Shown: piece by piece, positions 19,369 through 31,146 of the stretch
Numbering within the stretch: position 1 is the first letter of the stretch
Layout of the letters: the number at the start of each line of letters is the position of its first letter
Source of the DNA: an uncultured delta proteobacterium
GTDB lineage: Bacteria; Chloroflexota; Dehalococcoidia; Dehalococcoidales; BS750m-G39
Reading direction: 5' to 3'
Assembly (NCBI GenBank): GCA_963739245.1
Contig: CAVTZP010000007.1
Span: 119,845-183,844, forward strand
Length of the DNA stretch: 64,000 nucleotides
Program-made: the position numbers and the translations under genes
Notes under the pieces: model-generated
The model's input: only the letters and a program-made list of their open reading frames with translations
Told to the model about the DNA's origin: nothing
The model's database searches: none

Positions 19369-21052
19369 TTGAACCATTACCGCTGGAATCTGCTGCCACC
19401 AGCTCCAGACCAGTATCTGGCAAATATTCCAGGGTTTCCCCCGCTAATAGCCCAGCTCCTCTATAATCGTGGTGTCACCGAACCATCCCAGTTAGAGCCA
19501 TTCATTACTGCCGATAAACGCCTTTCCGGCGACCCCTTGCTGCTGCCCGATATGCACCGGGCGGTAGCCAGGATTTACCAGGCTCTGCTTTCCGGGGAAA
19601 ACATTGCCGTCTATGGCGACTTTGATGCTGATGGCATCACCGGCACTGCCCTGCTCGTCCAGGGGCTATCAACCCTTGGCGGCAGGGTCATCCCCTATAT
19701 ACCCCACCGCCTGACCGAAGGCTACGGGCTGAAAACCGCCGCCCTGGAGAACCTCCGCCAGCAGGGCATCAGCCTGGTTATCACCGTTGACTGCGGCATT
19801 ACCGCCCTGGCTGAGGTCAAGCGGGCAAAAAGGCTGGGGCTGGATATAGTTATCACCGACCACCACACCCCCCTGCCCGAAATCCCGCCCGCCATCGCCA
19901 TCGTTAACCCCAAGCGAGCCGACTCCGCCTATCCCTTCTCCGAACTGACCGGCGCCGGCGTCGCCTTCAAGCTGCTTCAGGCCCTATTTCGAAGGCATCG
20001 GCAAAAAGGAGCAACTGGATGAAATGCTGGACCTGGTGGCTCTGGGAACAGTAGCCGATATGGCGCCGCTGGTGGGGGAAAACCGATACTTGGTCAAGCA
20101 GGGACTAAAGCTAATCAATACCAACCCCCGCCTCGGCATCAGGGAGATGATGGCCCAGGCCGGGCTGACCTGGCAGCCTTGATGCCGAGAGCATCTCCTG
20201 GGTTATGCCCCGCGGCTAAATGCCGCCGGCAGACTGGCCCACGCCATGACCAGCTATAAACTGCTGATGACCGACTCGCCACAGGAGGCACAGGGAACTG
20301 GCCATATGGCTGGAGCAGAAAAATGCGGAACGGCAGAAGCTGACCGCCAAGACGCTTAGACAAGGCCAGAGAGCAGGTACTGGCTCAGGGAATTTCGCCC
20401 CTGCTGATTGCCAGCGATAAGGACTATCCGGTTGGAATCGCCGGGCTGGTAGCCAGCAGGCTCGCCGAGGAATTCTACCGCCCGGCGATTGTCATCAGAA
20501 CCGGAGAGCAGATAAGCAGCGGCAGCTGCCGCAGCATCCCCGAATTCAATATTATCCTCGCCCTGAACCAGTGCCGCCACTGCTGTCCCAGTTCGGCGGG
20601 CACTCCCAGGCCGCCGGTTTTACCCTGCCCACCAGGAACCTGCCCCGCCTCAAGCAGCACCTCTCCGAGACTGGCCACCGCTCAGCTGGCCGGGGTTGAC
20701 CTTCGCCCCCAGCTGGATATTGATGCCGAGGTCACACTCCCTGAACTCGGCGGGAATACCTTCCAACCTGATGCAACAGCTGGCCCCCTTTGGTCGGGGC
20801 AACCCGGCACCTACCTTCCTCAGCCGCGGGGTGGAGGTGGTTGACTGCCAGACCATGGGCAATAATGGCGAGCACCTGAGGCTGAAGCTAAAGCAGGGTG
20901 GCACGGTCTGGGACGGGGTCGGCTTCAGACTGGGTAGCTATCTGGCTGAGGTATCCCCCCGCCTTGACATCGTCTATAACCTGGAAATAGACCGCTGGCG
21001 CGGGGAGGAGAGGCTGAGGCTCAATATCCTGGACTTTGCCCCGGCTAGGTAG
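19369..21052 (+). pseudogene. recJ: single-stranded-DNA-specific exonuclease RecJ, multiple frameshifts
   Basis: N-terminus has DHH motifs (VYGDFDADGITGTALL, ITVDCGI, VITDHH). The C-terminal OB region is FGRGNPAPTFLSRGVEVV...GEHLRLKL (20696-21052). No ORF of 60 aa or more on the + strand covers 20022-20696, although RecJ-like peptides (LVALGTVADMAPLVGENRYLVKQGL) are visible in shifting frames. Confidence 0.75.
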
Positions 21053-21831
21053 TTTCTGCCCTCACCCACCGTGTCCTTAAAGCCAGTATGGGGATGGCGA
21101 TAACTAATACGATTATGCCTATAATCTGAGCCTGATGTAAGCCAAAGAGTAACGGTGTCCCCTCCCGGATAAAGTCGATGCCAAGCCGCCACAGTGAGTA
21201 TAGACTAAGGTAGATGAGAAATAGCGAGCCATCGGGCTTAAACCGCCCCCTTAACTTGAACAATACCCCAAAAATTATCAAGTAGATATATAATCTCATA
21301 AACCTGGGTGGGGTGAACAGCTACCCCCAGGGGGCCATAGCTCTCAGGATTAGTATAGACAATCCCCCAGGGCAACGAGGTTTCGGCAGTCCATAGCAGC
21401 AGCCGTTTAGGGTGCAGCCCACCCTGCCTATAGCCTGAGCCAGTATAACCCCCGGTGCCACCAAATCAGCCAAAGTAACCAAAATAAATTTGCTGAACCG
21501 GCTGTAAATCCAGATACCCAGGGTAGCCCCCAGAACGGCACCCCAGATGGTCAGCCGCAACCACCAATAATCTGCCCCGGGTGCTGGCATAGTACTCCCA
21601 CCGGTCAATAACATGGAGCAACCTTGAAAATATTACCCCGGAGGGAATACCCACCAGGGCCGCGGTAAAAACGGTATCGTAAGAGAGCTTAGCCCCCCGC
21701 CTTACCTCCCACACCATCCACAATACCACCACCAGCACCGCCAGGGCAACCATAATGCCATACCACCTGACACTATCCCGATGGTAAAGGCTATCGGACT
21801 TATACTTATGGTAATCAATGTCTACCTCCAA
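21045..21831 (-). pseudogene. lgt: prolipoprotein diacylglyceryl transferase, frameshifted
   Basis: Three overlapping minus-strand ORFs (21466-21831, 21321-21614, 21045-21299) jointly give Lgt-like transmembrane segments (RWYGIMVALAVLV, LAQAIGRVGCTLNGCCYG, FLIYLSLYSLWRLGIDFIRE). Confidence 0.7.
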
Positions 21832-21834
21832 AAA

Positions 21835-22731
21835 TCAGGAACATAGCGCCTCAACAAAGGCCTCAGCATCAAAAGGCGCCATATCCTCCAGCCCATCGCC
21901 AATACCGATGAACTGGATTGGTATCTTCAGCTCATCACAGATAGCCAGCACGATGCCCCCCTTAGCCGTGCCATCCAGCTTAGCCAGAAAAATGCCGGTT
22001 ACCCCCACCGCCTCGGTGAAATATCTGGCCTGGGTCAAGCCATTCTGACCGGTGGTGGCATCAAGCACCAGAATCACCTCATGCGGGGCGGTGGCGTCAA
22101 TCTTGGCTGCCACCCGCTTAATCTTTTTAAGCTCCTCCATCAGGTTAAACTTGGTGTGCAGCCTGCCGGCAGTATCAATGATTACCTCATGAGCGCTGTC
22201 GGCTGCGTGCCGCCTGCAGGGCATCAAAGACCACCGCCCCGGCGTCAGCCCCGGGCTGATGGGCAATGACATCCACCCCAATCTCTCCCCCAGGCTTCTT
22301 AAGCTGGTCAATAGCCGCCGCCCTGAAGGTATCCGCCGCCGCCAGTATAACCCGCTTTCCCTCTTTTTTCGCCCTATAGGCAAGCTTGGCGATAGAGTGG
22401 TCTTACCGCCGCCATTAACACCGACCACCAGGATAACCCTGGGCACGGATACGGGAACCTGCTTCCGGAGCGTCAATCTTCAGGATGTTGACCATTTCTG
22501 CCTTAAGTGCCGAGCGCACCGATGAGCCCTGCTGAGCTTCTCTTCGGCGACCCTCTGCTTCACCCTCTCAATGAGCTTTTCCGTGGTGCTGACGCCGACA
22601 TCAGCCGAGATAAGCAGCTCCTCCAGCTCCGCCCAGACCGCCTCATCCACCGCGGTGCGGTCAAACAGGCGCATCGCCCGCTTAAACCAGCTATCCCGGC
22701 TGGGCTTCAGCGCTTGCTTAATATCTTTCAA
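21835..22731 (-). pseudogene. ftsY: signal recognition particle receptor FtsY, frameshifted
   Basis: N domain is ELLISADVGVSTTEKLIERVKQRV. G domain is VILVVGVNGGGKTT ... IIDTAGRLHTKFNLMEEL ... LVLDATTGQNGLTQA ... GIFLAKLDGTAKGG. The stretch between GKTT and IIDTAGR is out of frame (nonsense peptide LSPSLPIGRKKRES...). Confidence 0.8.
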
Positions 22732-22746
22732 CTACCTTACCCCTTT

Positions 22747-25034
22747 CTATGGATTATACAACAACCCTTCCAGCAATATCTGCGCTGCCTTTTTATCCAG
22801 CGGCTTATTATTATTGCCACACTTCGGCGACTGAATGCAACTGGGGCAGCCATCCTGGCACGGGCATTCGCTAATTGCCTTCAGTGTAGTCTGCCATAAT
22901 TGCTCCACCAAGTCAAAGCCCTTCTCGGCAATGCCAATGCCACCGGGGTAGGCATCATAGATAAATATCTGCGCCCTTCCCGTATCAGGGTGGAGAGGGG
23001 TGGATACCCCGCCAATATCATTGCGGTCGCAGAGGGCAAACAGGGGAAGGATAGCAATAGCCGCATGCTCAGCAGCATGCAGCCCGCCGGCAAAGTCCAG
23101 CTGCGCTCTAGCCACCCGAGCTACCACCTCAGGTGGCAGGTCAAACCAGAGGGCAACGGTAGGGAAAACCTGCGGTGGCAGGTCAAGAGGTTCCTCCCCG
23201 ATTACCTCCTCAGTGAATTGCGCCTTCTTCATGAAACCGACTACAGTAGTGGTAACCTCAACCTCACCCAGATATACCCTGGTCTTTCGGCAGGTCTTAT
23301 CACGGAGCTACCCTGATAATATGAAGGTCGGTGATTTCTTTATCCTGAGTGTAGTAAGTGGCGGTGGTAGGCTTGGCATAGGCAGTGCGACCAGTCAGGT
23401 CAAGCTCATTGACTAAATAGGATTCCCCCTGATGGAGGTAGATAGCACCGGGATGGATTTGAAAAAGGGCGACGCTAGCCTCAATGGTTTCCAATAGTGA
23501 GCCGGTTGAGGTATCAATAATGGCGAAGTTTTCCCCGGAGGTGGAGCGAATATTTATGCCCTGAGCCGGGTAGGCAATTGCCGGTGAAAGATACCATTTG
23601 CCCCTGCGCTCCCTAAGCAGCCCCTCCCCCTCCAGCTCCACCCTTTCCCGGTCAAAGGCGGAGCCAAAGACCTCCTCATCATCTGGTTAAGGGCAGCTCC
23701 CAGGCGGCACACAGGAGGTGAGCTCTCAGAATATAGGGGTTAGCCGGATTAACCAGGGCATTCTCAAAGCTTTTACCAAAAAATGAATCGGGGTGACGCA
23801 TAAAATACTGGTCAAGGGGATTATCCAGCCCGATAAGAAAACTTATCGATTTACCCCTTCTCCGCCCGCTCCTGCCCGCCTGCTGCCAGGTGCTGGCAAT
23901 GCTCCCCGGATAGCCGGTAAGCACCGTAGCCTCCAGGTCACCGATGTCTATCCCCAGCTCTAAAGCCGTGGTAGCCACCACGCCGGTAAGCTCGCCGCCA
24001 AACAGCTCCTGCTCTATCTGGCGGCGCTCCTCGGGAAGATAGCCCGCCCGGTAAGGCTTGATTCTCTTAGCCTGGGTGGAGCTAGTCTCAGCCAGCCTCT
24101 GCCTGGTGTAGTTATAAATAAGCTCGGTCAGCCGACGGGTGCGGGCAAAGGTCAGGGTACGGATGTCACTATTCACCAGCTCGGTAAACAGGCTTGCCGC
24201 CTCACTGTTAGCGCTGCGCCGGACGCTCTTTGCCTCATCTATAATCGGGGGATTCCAGAAGACAAATTCCTTCCCTCCGTAAGGAGAGCCATCGTTATCA
24301 ACCACCTTAAATGGTAAACCCACCAGCCTTTCGGCATGCTCGCCAGGGTTAGCTATAGTCGCCGAGCAGCAGATGAACCGGGGATTTGACCCATAGAACT
24401 GGCAAAGACGGCGCAGGCGGCGGAGCACACAAGCCACATGGGAGCCAAAAACACCACGATAGATATGGGCTTCATCCACCACCACATACCTCAAGTAGCG
24501 AAACAGCCTTGACCAGGACTCGTGATTGGGCAGTATCCCGACATGGAGCATATCGGGATTGGTAAGCACCACCCTGGCTCGCTTCCTTATCTCAGCCCGC
24601 TCCGCCTGAGGGGTATCACCATCAAAGGTGGCAGCATCCCGGGATAGAAGGGGGGGAAATAGCTCCCGTAAACCACGGAGCTGGTCTTGAGCCAGGGCTT
24701 TGGTCGGGAAAAGGTAAAGGGCACAACTACCCGGCTCAGTTAGGATTGACTCCATAACCGGGATGTTATAGCACAGGGTCTTACCGCTAGCCGATGAGGT
24801 AGCCACCATCACATTCATGCCCTTCCGGGCATAATTTATGGCTTCAGCCTGATGGGTGTAGAGGGGCAACACCTTGTGTTCCCTGAGACAATGGTGAAGG
24901 CTTTCGTCCAGGGGTTGCTCTAGCTCAGCATATTCAGCTTCACGGTAGGGAATATGCTCTATATGAACTATCTGATCGCGGTAATTGGGCTGAGTTGAAA
25001 GATAATCAAGAAAGGCCGAGGTATCCATCATCAC
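22747..25034 (-). pseudogene. YprA/MrfA-type DEAD/DEAH-box helicase with C-terminal DUF1998 zinc domain, two frame breaks
   Basis: ORF 23679-25034 has helicase motifs (TSSASGKTLCY, VVDEAH, SAT, and the C-terminal RecA lobe QQAGRSGRR). ORF 23300-23641 covers the middle region. ORF 22747-23232 ends with CPCQDGCPSCIQSPKCGNNNKPLDK (DUF1998 four-Cys motif). Confidence 0.75.
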
Positions 25035-25039
25035 TCCCG

Positions 25040-25333
25040 TTACGAAACAGGTAGGACCTCAATCTCACAGTCCAGTATCTCTAAATCAAAGCGGCCGTTA
25101 ACAATGAAGTCAACCACCTTGGACAGAACTTCATTGGTAAAACGGCTATCATTACTAACACAGCAAATTCCGAGGGTAGCTAACTGCCATAATTCATGGT
25201 CATCAACCTCAGCTACGGAGACATTAAACCTGTTTCTGAGGCGAGTGGTGATGGATTTTAGTATCTGCCGCTTCCCCTTAAGCGATAGGTTTTCCGGGAA
25301 GCGAAGCTTCACCCGACAGACCCCGACATTCAT
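25040..25333 (-). CDS. DUF503 family protein (YlxP-like)
   Basis: From ATG 25333: MNVGVCRVKLRFPENLSLKGKRQILKSITTRLRNRFNVSVAEVDDHELWQLATLGI, the typical DUF503 pattern. Confidence 0.7.
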   Translation of the reverse strand: MNVGVCRVKLRFPENLSLKGKRQILKSITTRLRNRFNVSVAEVDDHELWQLATLGICCVSNDSRFTNEVLSKVVDFIVNGRFDLEILDCEIEVLPVS

Positions 25334-25362
25334 GCTCTTTGGCAACCAGATGAACCAGAACC

Positions 25363-25656
25363 TTAGCCAGACTTTCTTTGCTTAGCGTAGCACTCTTTGC
25401 AATAGACTGGGCGCCCTTCCTTGGGCTCAAAAGGTACCGTGGTTTCTATCCCGCAGTCAGCACATGTCACAGTAAACATCTGCCGCGGCTGATTATAGCC
25501 ACCCGAGCGCTCTCTCCGCCGAGAAGCCCGACACTCAGGGCATCGCCGAGGCTCATTCTGTAAGCCATGGGATTGATAGAATTCCTGCTCGTCAGCGGTA
25601 AACGCAAACTCCTTCCCGCAATCAAGGCATACCAGGGTTTTGTCTGCCAGAGCCAC
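25363..25656 (-). CDS. double zinc-ribbon protein (zf-trcl / CxxC-x17-CxxC type)
   Basis: GTG at 25656 lies 5 nt after GAAGGAGGTG. The sequence is ALADKTLVCLDCGKEFAFTADEQEFYQSHGLQNEPRRCPECR...VTCADCGIETTVPFEPKEGRPVYCKECY. The longer ORF track start has no ribosome-binding site. Confidence 0.7.
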   Translation of the reverse strand: MALADKTLVCLDCGKEFAFTADEQEFYQSHGLQNEPRRCPECRASRRRERSGGYNQPRQMFTVTCADCGIETTVPFEPKEGRPVYCKECYAKQRKSG

Positions 25657-25848
25657 TGCTGCACCTCCTTCTATATTTTCTGTTATCCCCTTTGTCTTGG
25701 ATGCAGTCTCTTGGCTCCACAAAACCCCTCCCCTGATTACCGTACAGGGTCCCCCGCCTATGCAGGGGGCAAGCTTAGAAACGACACCAAACCAGGGTAT
25801 CAACTACAATCGAAACTATACCCCCCCTGGCTAACAAAGTCAAGCCGA

Positions 25849-25877
25849 TTTACAGCTGCAGCCACTTGTGCTATAAT
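25849..25877 (+). promoter_or_regulatory. sigma-70-type promoter for rpsO-pnp (TTTACA-17-TATAAT with TG extended -10)
   Basis: TTTACA at 25849-25854, 17-nt spacer ending in TGC, TATAAT at 25872-25877, about 58 nt upstream of the rpsO start. Confidence 0.55.
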
Positions 25878-25935
25878 CTGTTAATTTACAGTATAGTTGA
25901 TGTTGGCTAAAATAACCGGGAGATAAAGGATTAAC

Positions 25936-26199
25936 TTGGACAAAGAGAAAAAGGGAGAAAGCACAACCAAATCTAGGCAAAGCACAAAGGACACCGGCTC
26001 GACCGAGGTCCAAGTAACCGCGCTCACCGAGAGGATAAACCAATTGACCGAGCATATGATGGCTAATCGGCACGATTACCACTCACAGCGCGGGCTAGTT
26101 AAGCTGGTAGGACAAAGAAGAAGGTTGCTAGCCTACCTGAGCCGAGAGGATACTAAACGATATCGCAGCCTGATTACTAAGCTTGGGTTACGCAAGTAA
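25936..26199 (+). CDS. rpsO: 30S ribosomal protein S15
   Basis: [69 protein letters not shown], with a TTG start. Confidence 0.9.
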   Translation: MDKEKKGESTTKSRQSTKDTGSTEVQVTALTERINQLTEHMMANRHDYHSQRGLVKLVGQRRRLLAYLSREDTKRYRSLITKLGLRK

Positions 26200-26219
26200 A
26201 GCTTAAGTGGGGGAGTATA

Positions 26220-28415
26220 TTGTTATCACCAAGTTCTTTTGAGCGTGAGGTTGGCGGCAGGAAGCTCATCATAGAAACAGGAAAGCTCGCCGGACAGGCG
26301 GCGGGAGCGGTAACTGTTCATTACGGAGATAGCGTGGTTCTGGTTACCGCTTGCACCAGCACTGAACCTCGCGAGGGGATAGATTTCCTGCCCCTGACCA
26401 TTGACTATGAAGAAAGGCTCTATGCTGCCGGTAAGATCCCGGGCGGCTTTATCCGAAGGGAGGGGCGCCCCAGCCAAGAGGCCACCCTAGCCAGCCGGCT
26501 CACCGACCGACCACTACGCCCGCTCCTGCCTAAGAGATGGCGCAACGATATTCAAATTATAGTTACCGTCCTCTCCGCCGATCAAGAGAACGACCCGGAC
26601 ATCCTGTCAGTTATCGGTAGCTCAGCGGCGCTATCAATCTCACCAATACCATTTGATGGTCCGGTAGCTGCCGTTCGCATCGGCTACATTAACAATGAGC
26701 TGGTACTAAATCCAACTATGGTCCAGGTTGAAACCAGCCTCCTTGACCTCGTCGTGGTCAGCACCAGGCAAGCAGTAACAATGGTGGAGGCAGGAGCCAA
26801 AGAGGTCTCAGAGGATATTATCCTGCGGGCTATAGAATTTGGGCACCAGGCAAATCAGGATATTATCAAGCTCCAGGAGGAGCTCCAGCAGGCTTGCGGC
26901 AAACCCAAGATGGAAGCCCCGGCAAGCGAGGTTAACCCTGAGGTAATTTCAGCAATCTCACCAATCGTTGATAACAGGCTTACCCAGGCATTGAGCCAGC
27001 CAGAAAAGTCGCAGCGGGAACAGGCGCTTAGCAATCTGAAGAAAGAGCTTATCGAGGCGTTATGTGAGTCATTCCCCGAGGAAGATATAAACGCCGCCTT
27101 GGAGACAAAGGTCAGAGCCGAAATAAGAGGCAACCTCCTGGAGACAGGAAAGCGTATTGGCGGGCGCGGCCTATCCGATGTCCGAGCCATCAGCTGCGAG
27201 GTGGGAATTCTGCCCCGCACCCATGGCTCAGCCCTATTCAGCCGGGGGCAGACCCAGGTCCTGACTATTACCACCCTGGGCTCAATCAGGCAGGAGCAAC
27301 AGCTTGATGGCTTGGGCCTAGAGGAGAGTAAACGCTTTATCCATCATTACAATTTCCCTCCCTTCTCCGGTGGCGAGGTGAAACGCATCGGCTCACCAGG
27401 TCGGCGTGAAATTGGACATGGCGCTCTGGTGGAGCGAGCCATTGCCCAGGTACTGCCCAAGGCCGAGGACTTCCCCTACACCATCCGCCTTGTCTCCGAG
27501 GTTTTAAGCTCCAGCGGCAGCACCTCTATGGCTAGTGTCTGCGCCTCAAGCCTGTCCCTAATGGATGCCGGAATACCGATAAAGGCAGCAGTAGCTGGGG
27601 TAGCCATGGGATCGGTCACCAGCAACAAGGGTGACTATGTAATCTTGACTGACATTGAAGGCATAGAGGACGCCTATGGTGATATGGACTTCAAGGTAGC
27701 GGGGACAGCTAATGGTATCACGGCAATACAGCTCGATATTAAGCTCAAGGGCATAAGCACCGAGATTCTGGAAAAGGCATTAAATCAAGCCCGCCAGGCT
27801 CGCCTATCTATTCTGGAAATAATGCAGCAGACCCTAAGCTCCAGCCGGCCTGAACTCAGCCGCTACGCCCCAAGAATGTATAAGATAACCATTGACCCGA
27901 GTAAAATTGGCGCCGTCATCGGCACCGGGGGCAAAACAATCAGGTCAATTATTGATGAAACTAAAGCAAGCATTGATGTTGAGAACGATGGCACCGTGAT
28001 TATCGGCTCAGCTAACGAAGAAGCCGCCCGCAAGGCTATCCAGATTATTGAAGGCCTGACCAAGGAGGTAGAAGTCGGCGCCATCTATACGGGAAAGGTG
28101 ACCCGCCTGATGAACTTCGGGGCGATGGTAGAGATAGCCCCGGGCAAAGAGGGCTTGATTCACATTAGTGAACTGGCTGATTATCGCGTCCCCAAGGTTG
28201 AGGATGTGGTTAAGATTGGCGATGAGGTTACGGTTAAGGTAATTGGCATTGATGAACTCGGCCGGATAAACCTATCGCGACGGGCGGTGTCTGACAACTC
28301 GTCCCAAGCTTCCGGGACTCAGGTAAAGGATTCACCATCCAAAGACTACCCATTCCGGAGGCATGAAACTCGACCTCCCGGGAATAAACCGGGCTACAGA
28401 GGGACGAGGCGATGA
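26220..28415 (+). CDS. pnp: polyribonucleotide nucleotidyltransferase (PNPase)
   Basis: 731 aa with two RNase PH domains (FSRGQTQVL, REIGHGALVERA), a KH domain (IGAVIGTGGKTIRSI) and an S1 domain (GKVTRLMNFGAMVEIAPGKEGLIHISEL). Confidence 0.95.
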   Translation: MLSPSSFEREVGGRKLIIETGKLAGQAAGAVTVHYGDSVVLVTACTSTEPREGIDFLPLTIDYEERLYAAGKIPGGFIRREGRPSQEATLASRLTDRPLRPLLPKRWRNDIQIIVTVLSADQENDPDILSVIGSSAALSISPIPFDGPVAAVRIGYINNELVLNPTMVQVETSLLDLVVVSTRQAVTMVEAGAKEVSEDIILRAIEFGHQANQDIIKLQEELQQACGKPKMEAPASEVNPEVISAISPIVDNRLTQALSQPEKSQREQALSNLKKELIEALCESFPEEDINAALETKVRAEIRGNLLETGKRIGGRGLSDVRAISCEVGILPRTHGSALFSRGQTQVLTITTLGSIRQEQQLDGLGLEESKRFIHHYNFPPFSGGEVKRIGSPGRREIGHGALVERAIAQVLPKAEDFPYTIRLVSEVLSSSGSTSMASVCASSLSLMDAGIPIKAAVAGVAMGSVTSNKGDYVILTDIEGIEDAYGDMDFKVAGTANGITAIQLDIKLKGISTEILEKALNQARQARLSILEIMQQTLSSSRPELSRYAPRMYKITIDPSKIGAVIGTGGKTIRSIIDETKASIDVENDGTVIIGSANEEAARKAIQIIEGLTKEVEVGAIYTGKVTRLMNFGAMVEIAPGKEGLIHISELADYRVPKVEDVVKIGDEVTVKVIGIDELGRINLSRRAVSDNSSQASGTQVKDSPSKDYPFRRHETRPPGNKPGYRGTRR

Positions 28416-29212
28416 AGAGAGTAAGGGTAGTAGTCCATGGTGCACTGGGTAAAATGGGGCAAGAGGTAGTCAACGCCCTATGCCAGGAACCTGACCTGCA
28501 AATAGTAGGTGCTGCAGACATAAAGGCGACTCAGGAATATCTGACTTTGCCCGACGGCTCGGGCACGGTGCCCTTCTCTACCAGCTTGGAGGCAATTTTA
28601 AGTAGCTGCCCGACAGATGTCGTGGTAGATTTCACCACCGCTCAAGCGACTATGCCCGCAGTACGTCTGACAGCTAAACACGGCGTTAATATAGTAATCG
28701 GCACTACCGGGCTAACTGCCGACAATATCAAAGAGATTGAAAGCCTGGCTAAAGCTCAACAGATTGGTGTCGTGGTAGCACCAAACTTTGCTCTAGGCGC
28801 CGTGCTTATGATACACCTAGCCAAGGTAGCGGCTAAATACTTTGACTTCGCCGAGATTATAGAGCTGCACCACCACCTGAAGGCTGACTCACCCTCGGGT
28901 ACCGCCCTGGCTACGGCTAAAGCCATGGCTCAAGCCAAGGGCAAACCATTCTCCACCCCGCAAGGGAAGGCCTCAGAGAGCCGGGGAGAGCAGGTTGAAG
29001 GCGTTACCATTCATAGCGTGCGTTTGCCGGGGTTACTGGCCCACCAAGAGGTTCTCCTTGGAGGAGCAGGGCAAACATTGAGCATCCGCCACGATACCAT
29101 CAGTCGACAGTGCTATATGCCGGGCGTCATACTAGCCATTAAGGAAGTGGTTAAGCATAAGGGGCTAATCTACGGTCTAGACGCTTTACTCGGTTTACAG
29201 GAGGGGAAATGA
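28412..29212 (+). CDS. dapB: 4-hydroxy-tetrahydrodipicolinate reductase
   Basis: VVVHGALGKMGQEV..., IVIGTTGL, and EIIELHHHLKADSPSGTA (the DapB signature E(L)HHxxKxDxPSGTA). Confidence 0.9.
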   Translation: MKRVRVVVHGALGKMGQEVVNALCQEPDLQIVGAADIKATQEYLTLPDGSGTVPFSTSLEAILSSCPTDVVVDFTTAQATMPAVRLTAKHGVNIVIGTTGLTADNIKEIESLAKAQQIGVVVAPNFALGAVLMIHLAKVAAKYFDFAEIIELHHHLKADSPSGTALATAKAMAQAKGKPFSTPQGKASESRGEQVEGVTIHSVRLPGLLAHQEVLLGGAGQTLSIRHDTISRQCYMPGVILAIKEVVKHKGLIYGLDALLGLQEGK

Positions 29213-30235
29213 AGGGGTATAAAGTGGCTATCCTTGGTGCTACCGGCATGGTAGGGCAGGAATTCATCAAGGTACTGGAGCAACGTAACTTCCCGATGGA
29301 CTCAATTAGCCTTCTTGCCTCAGACCGTTCCGCGGGCAAGAGGATGTTTGTTAGCCACCGCGAGCTTTTGGTTGAGGAGGCTACCCCAAAGTCGTTTAAG
29401 GATATAGATATTGCCCTCTTCTCCGCCGGGGCTGAGATTAGCCGCTACTTCTCTCCTATAGCCGCCCAAGCCGGAGCCGTGGTTATTGATAATAGCTCAG
29501 CATTTAGAATGGACCCAAAGGTGCCACTGGTAGTACCTGAGATCAATGTTGACGACATCAAGTGGCATAAGGGGATTATCGCTAACCCCAATTGCTCCAC
29601 TATTCAGATGGTGGTGGCCCTATACCCCCTGCACAAGGTCAACCCCATCAAGCGCATTATCGCTGTTACCTACCAGTCGGTATCAGGCACTGGTGCAGCA
29701 GCAGTAGAGGAGCTAACCGAACAAGCCAAGCAGGTACTGGAGGGACAAACGACTGTCCCTCATGTCTATCCCCACCAGATAGCCTTTAACCTACTTACCC
29801 GAGATAGATGTCTTCCTGGATAATGACTATACTAAAGAAGAGTGGAAGATGGTGGAGGAAACAAGGAAGATAATGCACGCTGATGATATTGCCATCTCGG
29901 CGATGTGTGTTCGCGTGCCGGTATTTATCGGGCATAGTGAGGCAGTCCATGTTGAATTCTCCCAAGCCATGTCCCCCGATGAGGCACGGCGCATCCTTGC
30001 CCAGGCGCCGGGGGTCAAGGTACTGGATGACCCGGCTATCAGCCTTTATCCTCAGCCCTGGTCAGCCGCCGGCACCGATGATGTCTTTGTCGGACGTATC
30101 CACCGGGATGCCTCCCACCCCTATGGCCTGGTAATGTGGGTTGTCGCCGACAATGTGCGCAAGGGAGCGGCGCTGAACGCCGTCCAGATTGCCGAAGAGA
30201 TGATTAAGCGGGACTGGATACACCCAAGGAGCTAG
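29209..30235 (+). pseudogene. asd: aspartate-semialdehyde dehydrogenase, one frameshift near 29790-29830
   Basis: N-terminal part is VAILGATGMVGQEF...IANPNCSTIQMVVAL...VTYQSVSGTG (29209-29823). The C-terminal part is KMVEETRKIMH...CVRVPVFIGHSEAV...VADNVRKGAALNAVQIAE (29849-30235), in a different frame. Confidence 0.85.
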
Positions 30236-30240
30236 CAAAA

Positions 30241-31131
30241 ATGAAGAACCTGGGGCGATTACTAACAGCAATGGTAACCCCCTTTAAAGAAAACGGGGAA
30301 ATTGATTATGAGCAGGCAAAAAAGCTGGCTCAAGCCCTGCTTGACTCGGGGAGCGATGGTCTGGTGGTGGCAGCTACCACCGGGGAGGCGCCGACGCTTA
30401 GCTGGGAGGAGGAGATGCGCCTGTTTACCGAGGTGAAATCGGCAGTGGGCGGCCGGGGAACGGTTGTTGCCTACACCGGCTCAAACAGCACTAAAGAAGC
30501 AGTGGAAAACACGGAAAAAGCCGAGAAAATCGGGGTTGATGCCTGTCTATCAGTCGTCCCTTACTATAATAAACCTAATCAGGAAGGCATCTACCAGCAC
30601 TTTAAGGCTATCGCCGAGAGCACAGGGCTGCCCATTATCATGTATAACATACCATCGCGCGTGGTCGTCGAGATGTCAGCGGAGACAATCGTCAGGTTGA
30701 GCCAGATAAAAAACATCGTCGGGGTTAAAGAAGCCAGCGGTAAGATGGACCTTGTTGCTCAGACCATCAACAATGCCCGGAAGGATTTTCTTATCTGGAG
30801 CGGCAATGATAACGATACCTTTCCTATCATGGCTCTTGGTGGCTACGGTGTCATCGGCGTTACCACGCACCTGACGGGTAAACAATACAAGAAAATGATT
30901 GACCTGATTCTCTCCGACAAGATTCAAGAAGCGGCGGCAATTCACCGGAAATTGGTGCCGCTGGTTAACGCCATGTTTTCCATACCGAGTCCGGCGCCGA
31001 TTAAATATGCGCTCAATTACCTTGGCTTCAAGGTGGGCAAGCCGCGCCTGCCTCTCGTACCACCTACTGAAAAAGAAGCCGAAAAGATAATCGCGGAACT
31101 CAAAAACCATACGATTGACCTGAAGGCATAG
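30241..31131 (+). CDS. dapA: 4-hydroxy-tetrahydrodipicolinate synthase
   Basis: LLTAMVTPFKENGEIDYE..., GLVVAATTGEAPTLS, YNKPNQEGIYQHFKAIA, and IVGVKEASG (Schiff-base Lys context). Confidence 0.9.
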   Translation: MKNLGRLLTAMVTPFKENGEIDYEQAKKLAQALLDSGSDGLVVAATTGEAPTLSWEEEMRLFTEVKSAVGGRGTVVAYTGSNSTKEAVENTEKAEKIGVDACLSVVPYYNKPNQEGIYQHFKAIAESTGLPIIMYNIPSRVVVEMSAETIVRLSQIKNIVGVKEASGKMDLVAQTINNARKDFLIWSGNDNDTFPIMALGGYGVIGVTTHLTGKQYKKMIDLILSDKIQEAAAIHRKLVPLVNAMFSIPSPAPIKYALNYLGFKVGKPRLPLVPPTEKEAEKIIAELKNHTIDLKA

Positions 31132-31146
31132 AGATTTTCTCTTAAC